Positions 54,921 to 64,000 of a stretch of DNA of 64,000 nucleotides are shown here, one piece after another; position 1 is the first letter of the stretch, and the number at the start of each line of letters is the position of its first letter. The notes beneath the pieces were generated by a model, which worked only from the letters and a program-made list of their open reading frames with translations, was not told the origin of the DNA and ran no database searches. The position numbers and the translations under genes are program-made. Source of the stretch: the human T2T-CHM13v2.0 reference genome, Homo sapiens; assembly GCF_009914755.1 (NCBI RefSeq), contig NC_060944.1; one strand, given 5' to 3'.

Positions 54921-55429
54921 GACACATGCACACGTATGTTTATTGCAGCACTATTCACAATAGCAAATACTTGGAACCAACCCAAATGTCCAACAATGAT
55001 AGACTGGATTAAGAAAATGTGGCACATATACACCATGGAATACTATGCAGCCATAAAAAAGGATGAGTTCATGTCCTTTGTAGGGACATGGATGAAATTG
55101 GAAATCATCATTCTCAGTAAACTATCGCAAGGACAAAAAACCAAACACCGCATGTTCTCACTCATAGGTGGGAATTGAACAATGAAAACACATGGACACA
55201 GGAAGGGAAACATCACACTCTGGGGACTGTTGTGGGGTGGGGGGAGGGAGGAGGGATAGCATTAGGATATATACCTAATGCTAAATGACAAGTTAATGGG
55301 TGCAGCACACCAGCATGGCACAGGTATACATATGTAACTAACCTGCACATTGTGCCCATGTACCCTAAAACTTAAAGTATAATAATAGTAAAATAAAATA
55401 AAATTAAATAAATAAATAAAAAATGAAAT
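54921..55429 (+). mobile_element. L1PA3, 5'-truncated
   Basis: ORF2 C-terminus DTCTRMFIAALFTIA...SLIGGN*, 3'UTR and A-rich tail. TSD 'aaaattttgtat(t)gctttat' at 54901-54920 and 55430-55448. Confidence 0.96.
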
Positions 55430-55764
55430 AAAATTTTGTATGCTTTATAATGAAAAATTCCAGGATTTGATCTGGACTCTCATCTAATGCCAAAGCTGGT
55501 CCTCCACTCCATATTCCCATTCACTGGCGATTAAACCTCAGTCCCTCCAGGACACCCTGGACACAGTGGCTGAACTAACCCATCAACAGAGTATATTGAA
55601 GACACTTTCCCACTCAGCATTAATTCCTGGGCTAAGTTAGCTTGAATTAAAGCTCAGTGAGATGGAAGTGATTTCCCAAGGGCCCCATCACAAGTCAGAA
55701 CTGGAGTTTCCAGCTTATAAAAACTCATCCTACTTGGCATGAATAATACTTCTCCTCTAAAGCA

Positions 55765-55935
55765 GCAGTTCTTAACCTTCTGGAGATCTTGGGCCACTCT
55801 GAGAATCCAATGGAAATGATAGACCACATCCCCTGGAAATGCACCTAAGCATTCACGGCTGCATAGATCATTTCTGGAGGTTCATAGGCTCCTCTTTAAA
55901 GCTCACCTGTAAACCTGCTCAGGAAACCTGGGCTA
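55765..55935. mobile_element. MER103-like hAT MITE
   Basis: 'cagttcttaacctt...ctctgagaatccaatggaaa'. Confidence 0.55.
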
Positions 55936-55962
55936 TGAGGCAAAGTTGAAAATAACTGCATT

Positions 55963-56118
55963 GGCTGGGCGCAGTGGCTCATGCCTGTAACCCTAGCACT
56001 TTGAGAGGCCGAGGCAGGAGGATTGCTTTAGGCTGAGAGTTCAAGACCAACCTAGCCAACATAGCAAGATCCTGTCTCTTTTTAAAAAATTGTTTATTAA
56101 AAAGAAATTTTAAAATAA
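55963..56118 (+). mobile_element. FLAM (Alu left monomer)
   Basis: Left monomer only, A-rich tail, 'aaaataact' on both flanks. Confidence 0.85.
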
Positions 56119-57741
56119 GAAAATAACTAAATTTTTCCTAGATATTTATTATTTTGAATAGATGATAGATATACAAGGTAGAAAAACACCAAAATAAAAT
56201 AGGAAAAAGGGTATTCGATGGCACACTCCTTTCTTTTAGCATCTCAGTTCTCATGACCAGATGCATTCACCTCTAACAGGTCCTTCTGCAGACACCCAGA
56301 GATGAAGGGAGGGCTGTCCCTTGCCTTTCGCACAGAAGGTAGGTTCTTGGTTTTTCTCACTTAACCAGCTCTTATCGATTAATACTTAGGGATCTTTTAA
56401 TCTCTTGCCATTAAAGAAAATATTATGATAAATAACCTTGAACATCACTGTTTATGCTCATTTAGGAGTATGTCTGTAGCAAAAGCTCCCAGAAGTGGGA
56501 TTGCAGGTCCCTAGGATGTGTGTATTTTATATTTAATAGATCTTCCAAGTTGCCCTCCAAAGGAGCTCTACCAATTTACACTTCCACCAACAAAATTACC
56601 AAGTATTTTAAAAATACTACCACATACTTCTCAGAACTCAAACTATTAAATTTTTTAATAAAAGAAATCCATTATAATTAAATCTTTCCTGACTTCTCTT
56701 AAATAGTCCATGTTCATTCCACAAATTATTCTCACAAATAAAAAACAACAGTCTAACTCACCCATTCACACTTACCTCCGGCCAAAAAGCAAAGGCAGGC
56801 ACACAGGTAAGCCTTTGGAATGCTCATCTGTTAAGAGGGACTCTTTCTTGACAATAACCCCTCCACCCCACTATTAACGGATAGACACCCAATTGTTAAT
56901 ATCTTATGAGAATTGAAATTTGTTTCAATTCCAAAGGAACTTCATATGAAGAGAGAAAAGTTTGAAAGATCAAAATCCCCAGGGAAAAGAAAAAATGTCA
57001 AGGCCAGAATCCATTCTCATGTCAATTAGTTCCAGTGAAGAGCTACTGACTCACAGTTTCCAATGTTGCCAAAGCAATTGCTCATTAAGACAAATTGAGA
57101 CCATGTCTAACCCTTCTGTTTTCCCTTCATTCTGAGTAGAACGACCCATGCTTTCAGAATTAGATACATGGCACCAAGCACATTTAAGAATTAACAAGAA
57201 ATGTTATTAAATAAAGTGTGTGGGGAGAAAAGTGCATTTGAATATGGATGAATCAGACAAGATTCTGTCCATGAGTTGCAAGAGACTAAAGATTCAACTC
57301 TAACTGCATTAGGGAAAAAAAAAAAAATTCATAGATAGATCACCCATGGGGCATGTTTTGATTCAGGTGTCAAACAAATACCATCCAGGAATAGTCTCCC
57401 CGCCATCTCTTGGCTCTGCCCTTCTTCACACTGACATTCTCAAAAAAAATGGTTCCCAGCCTGCGGACCTAAATCCCATCATGGGAAAGACAGCATCTCC
57501 TCCTCTGAACACCTGGGACAAAACTGCTGGACTCTGAACCAGACCCCGAACCATGCCCATCATTGCACTGGTCCTGCACCTTAGAGGAAGGAGGAGGACA
57601 AAGTTTGTTTCCACTCTTCCTCTTCCACTCTCGCTTCAGAAACATCCTCCTGGGTAAGGGAAGAATGGTTCGAAGGAAATACACTGGCTTTTTATTAGTA
57701 GGTGCTATTCGTAGTTCCCCCCTGACTCTCAAATGTCCCAT

Positions 57742-58094
57742 TGATATGGTTTGGCTGTGTCCCCACCCAAATCTCATCTTGACATGTAGCTCCCATAATC
57801 CCCACGTGCTGTGGAAGGGACCCGGTGGGAGATAATTGAATCATGGGGGCAATTTCCTTCTCATGGTAGTGAATACATCTAACGAGATTTGATGGTTTTA
57901 TAAGGGGAAACTCCTTTCACTTGGTTCTCATTCTGTCTTGTCTACCACCATATAAGACGTGCCTTTCACCTTCCGCCATGACTGTGAGGCCTCCCCAGCC
58001 ACATGGAACTGTAAGTCCATTAAACCTCTTTTTATTTATAAATTACCCAGTCTCTGTAATATCTTTATCAGAAGTGTGAAAACGGACTAATACA
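57742..58094 (+). mobile_element. THE1D/C LTR
   Basis: 'tgatatggtttggctgtgtccccacc...ggactaataca'. Confidence 0.93.
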
Positions 58095-58594
58095 CCTGTC
58101 AAGGAGAGCATCCTAATGCCAGCTCCATCAGGTAGCATGTCGGGGAATTATTTAAAAAATGCACACTCTCACTTTTATTAGGGCCCCCTGATAATGCACA
58201 ATTTCCTAACAGAGTTTATGACTTTCTGGTCTACACCTTGTAGGCTCCCTTAACTCTTGCCTTAAGGTTACTCTTTGGAGTCCCTTGCCCTGACTGACAT
58301 CCCACTGTGGCTCATAGCCAGTTGCTTGCCACAGCATCTTCTTGACCCATGGGAAAACGGGCATTACAGTCCCAGCAACCTTAGTAAGTGCAGGGAGCTT
58401 CTTCTGCTACCTTTTCTTTCTTTCTCCTACCATTTGGAGCTGCTCTAGACAGCTCCCTGCCTTCAGGCTCCTCTAGGCAAGGAGCAGGCACCAGTACCCT
58501 TGGTCCCCAAATGCCTGCATGTCAGGCTCTCCTAAACTCTCGTTTGTGTTCTGCTCCAGAAGTACTGGGGGTATGGGGTGGAAAGTCCACAGAT

Positions 58595-60305
58595 TTTGAT
58601 AATAGCCAAAAAGTAGAAACAATACAGAGGCCCATCAACTGATGATGAATGCATAAATAAATGGTGGTACATTCATATAATGAAATATCATTCTACGCTA
58701 AAAAGAAATAAAATTGGAACAACTGGATATCCACATGCAAAAGAATGAATTTGAACCTCTAGCTCACAACATATACAAAAATTAACTCAAAATGGGTCAG
58801 AGACCTAAATGTAAGAGATAAAACTATAACACTTTTAGAAGAAAGCATGGGGTAAATCTTCATGATTTACCCCTATGGCAATGAATTCTTAGAAATTATA
58901 ATAAAAGCACAAACAACAATGAAAAAATAAATTGGACCTCATCAAAGTTAAAACTTTTTTCATCAAAGGACACTTTCAAGAAAGGGAAAAGACAACTTAC
59001 AGAATGGGAGAAAATATTTAAAAGTTATATATCTAATAAAAGTCTAGTATCCAGAATATATGAAGAATTATTGCAACTCAACAAAAAGAAAAACAACCCA
59101 ATTTTTAAAATGGGCAAAGGCTTGAATTGTTATTTCTCTAGAGAAGATATACAAATGGCTAATAAGCATGTGAAAATTGCTTATGACATGACATCATTAG
59201 TCATTAGGAGATGCCTTCTTACACTCACTAGAATGGCTATAACCTAAAACATAGAAAATAAGTGATCGCACAGATGTAAAGAAATTGGAACCCTTGCATG
59301 TTGCTGGTGGAAATGTAATAGGGTGCTGTCACTTTAGAAGAAAATAGTTTGGCAGTTCCTCAAAAAGTTAAATATAGAATTATCATATGACTTAGCAATT
59401 CCACTCCTAGGTATTTACCCTAAGGAATTGAAAACAAGTATTCAAATACTTACACACAAATGTTCACAGCAGCACTATTCACAATAGCCAAAAGGTGGAA
59501 ATAACTCAAAATGTCCGTCAGCTAATGAATGGATAAACAAAATGTGACATATCCATACAATGGAATATTATTCAGCCACAAAAAAGGATAAAATACTGAG
59601 ATATGCTACAACATGCATGAACCTCAATAACATTACACTAAGTGGAAAAAATAAACTAGACACAAACAGTAACATATTGTATGATTCCATCCAGAACAGA
59701 CAAATCCATAGAAACATAAAGCAGATTAGTGGTTGTCAGGAACTGGGAGAAGGAAAACAATGGGTAATGACTGCTTCCTGAGGATGGGGTTTCTTTTTGT
59801 ACAGATGAAAGTATCTCGGAACTAGATAGAGGCAATGGGATGGTTGCAAAATATTCTGAAAGTACTAAATGCCACAAAATTGAACACTTTAAAATAGTTA
59901 ATAGTTATCTTTCTATTATATGAATTTTATCTCAATTTTTTAAAATAATTTTTAAGAGATAAATGAAGTACTGACACATTCTATGAAATGAATGTGCCTT
60001 GAAAACATCGTGCTAAATAAAAGCAGCCCATTACCAAGCATCACATACTGTATCATGCCAGAATAGGCAAATCTAGAGACAGAAAGCAGATTAATGGTGG
60101 TCTGGGGCTGCAGGGAGATGCAGGGCCTGGGGCATGACAGCTAAAGTGTGCATGGTTTCTTTTTTAAAGAATAAAAATGTTCTAAAATTGATTGAGGTGA
60201 TTGCTGCACAACTCTGTGAACATAATAAAAGCCATTGAATTGCATATACTTTAAATGGGTGGATGGTATGGTAAGTGAATTATAACTCAAAGAAGCTGAT
60301 TAAAA
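58595..60305 (+). mobile_element. Old L1M 3' end containing a nested L1MB 3' part (about 58712-59950)
   Basis: The outer L1 stops at 'aaaagaaataaa' and resumes at 'agagataaatgaagtactg'. The inner L1 runs from 'aactggatatccacatgcaaaag' to 'ttttatctcaattttt'. Confidence 0.75.
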
Positions 60306-60959
60306 CTAAAACAAACAAACAAACAAACAAACAAATGAGCTTAGAATAAGATTGTAGCCCAGAGCCTCTGGAGAAAGAGAAATCCTGGCTAACGCTTTGC
60401 ATTCAGCCTGTGTATTCAGGCCCCAGTCACACTGGGCCAGATTTCTGAACTATAAAACTATGAACTAGTAAATGAGGGTTGTTTTAAGCCACTAAGCTTG
60501 TGGTAATTTGTTACACAGCAATAGAAAACTAATACATGTGCCCTTGAGCTGCAGGAGAGATTTCCAGATGTTTCTGTGAATCTATGAGTTCCCAGTTTGC
60601 AGAGGAGGAGGGACTGCCAATTGATGGGATTTGCCTGGGAGGAAGACAGCCTCCCTCAAATTACTGAGCTCAACAATAATGAGACATAGGCAGGAAGGCA
60701 GCCACCACAACCAGGCTGAAAATTGAAACCACGGAGCCACACAGCTGGGCCGATGGCACAAGGAAAATTACAAACTCGGTCCGTCTTTCTCATACACTGT
60801 CCCTGCACTTTGTTTCTTTCCTTCATAGGACTCATGAGAATTTACACACAGATCATGTATTTTCTTCTTCCTTTATTCACCTCTCTCCATCACTAAAATG
60901 TAAACACCAGTGGTGGACAGGTCATGTCTACCTTATTCAATATCTACTTTCCCAGCTCC

Positions 60960-61262
60960 CCAGAGACTGGGGAGGGGAGGGGAGAAGTAAGGAGGAGAGA
61001 GGTTGGTCAACAGGTACAAAGTTATAATTACATAGGAGGGATAAGTTCTGGTGTGCTATTGCGCAGTGGGTTGAACAGCAAGGTACAGTATATTACAAAA
61101 CAGCTAGAAGAGAGGCTTTCTAATGTCCTTGCCACAAAGAAATAAGTGCATGGGTGACCATTACACTAAGTACTCTCATTTGGTCATTACACAACTATAT
61201 GTGTATTGAAGCATCAAATTGTACACTTACCCAAAAATTACATTAAAAGTATATAAATAAGA
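60960..61262 (+). mobile_element. L1MA 3' end
   Basis: 'aggttggtcaacaggtacaaagttata...aaacagctagaagagagg'. Confidence 0.8.
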
Positions 61263-61267
61263 AAAAC

Positions 61268-63892
61268 AGATCATGGCGGATGGGAGACAGGACTAGATTG
61301 CAGCTCCAGACAGAGCAGCTTGCGGAGGCTTGCATTGTGAATTTGAGCTCCAGATTGACTGCAAGAACAAACCAGCAATTCTGAGAGGACCTACAGACCC
61401 TCTGAAGGAAGAGGGCTTCCTGCAGGACCCAGGAGACGCCCCAAATACTGTGAGTCCCCCAGCTGTGGAAGTGGAAAAGAGAGACCCTCCTCTCCCGAAC
61501 ACACACCCTCACTGGAATAAGCTGAAGATCTGCTTGCAGCAGAAGTTTCTGACTTTACCTGGAACTGAGGTCAATTTAGACAGCCGAGCAAAATACAGGG
61601 GTGGAAGAAGCAGCGGAAAGGCCCTGGGAGGTCATTGCATCTCCTAGCAGGTCGTTACTGCCTGGCACCACAAGGATCCATCAGGAGGGTGACCAGAGGA
61701 GCAGCAGGTAAAATTCTACAGGGAGAAGGACTTCTCTAGCTGAACTTTGTAACAATTTGAACAGGGCGAGAAGCCTCCCGGCCAGAACTTGTGGGAGGAT
61801 GCAAATCCGGTGTGCAGACACCACAGGTGGGGGAAGAACCGAGCCCTTCTCTTTCGCAGCTGGGAGGCGAGTAGCCTGGGGAAAGTTTTCAAGTCCTTCA
61901 GGCCCTCCACCTGGAAGTGGACTCAGGACTGTTGGGGGCAGGGGGATGGGCATGGCAGGAGTGAGACCGTTCCTTCGGTTTGCATGGGAGCTGGGTGAGG
62001 CCTGTAACTGCTGACTTTCCCCCACTTCCCTGACAACCTGCAACTCAGCAGAGGCAGCCATAATCCTGGGTACCCAACTCCAGTGATCTGGGAATCTCAC
62101 CCCTACCCCCCACAGCAGCCACAGCAAGACCTGCTCAAGAAGAGTCTGAGTTCAGACACGCCTAGCCCCACCCCCACCTGATGGTCCTTCCCTGTACACC
62201 CTGGTAGCAGATGACAAAGAGCATATAATCTTGGGCGTTCTAGGGCCCCGCTCACTGCCAGTCCCTCTCTATATTACTACAGCTGATGCTTTCTGTAAAG
62301 CACCACCTCCTGGCAGGAGGCCAACCAGCACAAAAATAGAGCATTAAACCACCAAAGCTAAGAACCCTCATGGAGTCCATTGCACCCCACTGCCACCTCC
62401 ACTGGAACAGGCCCAGGTATACACAGTGAGAGACCCACAGATGGTTCACATCACAGGACTCTGTGCAGACAACCCCCAACACCAGCCTGGAGCCTGGTAG
62501 ACTCGCTGGGTGACTAGATCCAGAAGAGAGACAACAATCACTGCAGTTTGGCTCATAGGAAGCCATAGGAAAAGGGGGAGAGTACTTTCCTTTTCCATAG
62601 GAAAAGGGGGAGAGTACTACATTAAGGGAATACCCCATAGGACAGAAGAATCTGAACAACAGCCTTCTGCCCTAGACCTTCCCTCTGACAGAGCCTATCC
62701 AAATGAGAAGGAACCAGAAAACCAACCCTGGTAATATGACAAAACAAGGCTCTTTGACACCCCCAGAAAGTCACACGAGTTCACCAGCAATGGATCCAAA
62801 CCAAAAAGAAATCCCTGATTTACCTGAAAAAGAATTCAGGAGGTTAGTTATTAAGCTAATCAGGGAGGGACCAGAGAAAGGTAAAGCCCAATGCAAGGAA
62901 ATCCAAAAAATGATACAAGAAGTGAAGGGAGAAATATCCAAGGAAATAGATGCTTAAATAAAAAAACAACATAAATTCAGGAAACTTTGGACACACTTTT
63001 TAGAAATGTGAAATGCTCTGGAAAGTCTCAGTAATAGAATTGAACAAGTGGAAGAAAGAAATTCAGAGCTCAAAGACAAGGTCTTTGAATTAATCCAATC
63101 CAACAAAGACAAAGGAAAAAGAATAAGAAAATATGGACAAAGTCTCCAAGAAGTCTGGGATTATGTTAAACTACCAAACTTAAGAATAATTGATGTCCCT
63201 GAGAAAGAAGAGAATTCTAACAGCTTGGAAAGCATATTCTGGGGAATAATCAAGGAAAACTTCCCCAGCCTTTTTAGAGACCTGGACATCCAACTACAAG
63301 AAGCACAAAGAACACATGGAAAATTCATCACAGAAAGATCGTCACCTAGGCACATCGTCATCAGGTTATCCAAAGTTAAGACAAAGGAAAGAATCTTAAG
63401 AGTTATGAGACAGAAGCACCAGGTAACCTATAAAGGAAAACCTATCAGATTCACAGCAGATTTCTCAGCAGAAACCCTACAAGCTAGAAGGGATTGGGGC
63501 CCTATCTTCAGCCTTCGCAAACAAAACAATTATCAGCCAAGAATTTTGTAGCCCCCAAAACTAAGCATCATATATGAAGGAAAGATACAGTTGTTTTCAG
63601 ACAAACAAATGCTGAGAGAATTTGCCATTACCAAGCCACCATTACAAGAACTGCTAAAAGGAGCTCTAAATCTTGAAACAAATCATGGAAACACATCAAA
63701 ACAGAACCTCTTTAAAGCATAAATCACACAGGACCTATAAAACAAAAATATATGTTAAAAAGCTAAAACACAAAAACAAAAAACCACAGTACACAGGCAA
63801 CGAAAAGCATGATGAATGCAACGGTACCTCACGTTTCAATACTAACATTGAATGTAAATGGCCTAAATGTTCCACTTAAAAGATACAGAACT
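61268..63892 (+). mobile_element. L1PB (L1PBa-type) 5'UTR, ORF1 and start of ORF2; probably continues beyond the window
   Basis: Starts 'gatcatggcggatgggagacaggactagattgcagctcc'. ORF2 start at 63809 reads [20 protein letters not shown]. Confidence 0.9.
62703..63722 (+). pseudogene. L1 ORF1p remnant with stops and frameshifts
   Basis: MRRNQKTNPGNM...EKEFRR; SLQEVWDYVKLPNLRII; SPRHIVIRLSKV..KERILR; DFSAETLQARRDW. Confidence 0.92.
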
Positions 63893-64000
63893 GGCCTGGC
63901 ATGGTGGCTCATGCCTGTAATCCCAGCACTTTGGGAGGCTGAGGTGGGTGGATCACGAGGTCAGGAGATTGAGATCATCCTGGCTAACACGGTGAAACCC
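63893..64000 (+). mobile_element. AluY-like, cut by the window edge, inserted in the L1 ORF2 endonuclease region
   Basis: Diagnostic 'ggatcacgaggtcaggaga...atcctggctaacacggtg'. Confidence 0.88.

Overview
This is primate, most likely human, non-coding euchromatic DNA that is intergenic or deep intronic. I see no intact protein-coding gene, RNA gene or CRISPR array. The window is largely layered transposable elements: Alu, MIR, L2, L1PA/PB/MA/MB/MC-ME, MaLR and ERV1 LTRs, and hAT DNA transposons. Main landmarks: (1) an ancient processed KRAB-C2H2 zinc-finger pseudogene at about 10.76-12.27 kb, with its exons joined without introns and an AluJ inserted in it. (2) A two-LTR MER52-type provirus (15080-21006) with a tRNA-Pro PBS, RNase H/integrase and env-tail remnants. 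A younger L1PA3/4 splits its integrase and creates an in-frame ERV-pol/L1-ORF2 fusion ORF. (3) Two large stratified AT-rich tandem arrays (about 23.5-25.1 kb and 27.3-29.9 kb). The first contains a near-perfect 37-bp-arm hairpin and appears to lie in a cryptic inversion that splits an MLT2 LTR into opposite orientations. (4) A repeat-free, CpG-retaining, motif-dense enhancer candidate near 50.7-51.15 kb. (5) The 5' part of a full-length L1PB element at the right end. Repeat family names come from recalled consensus sequences and were not confirmed by a search. I found no evidence for a new gene system; the strongest leads are structural and evolutionary.
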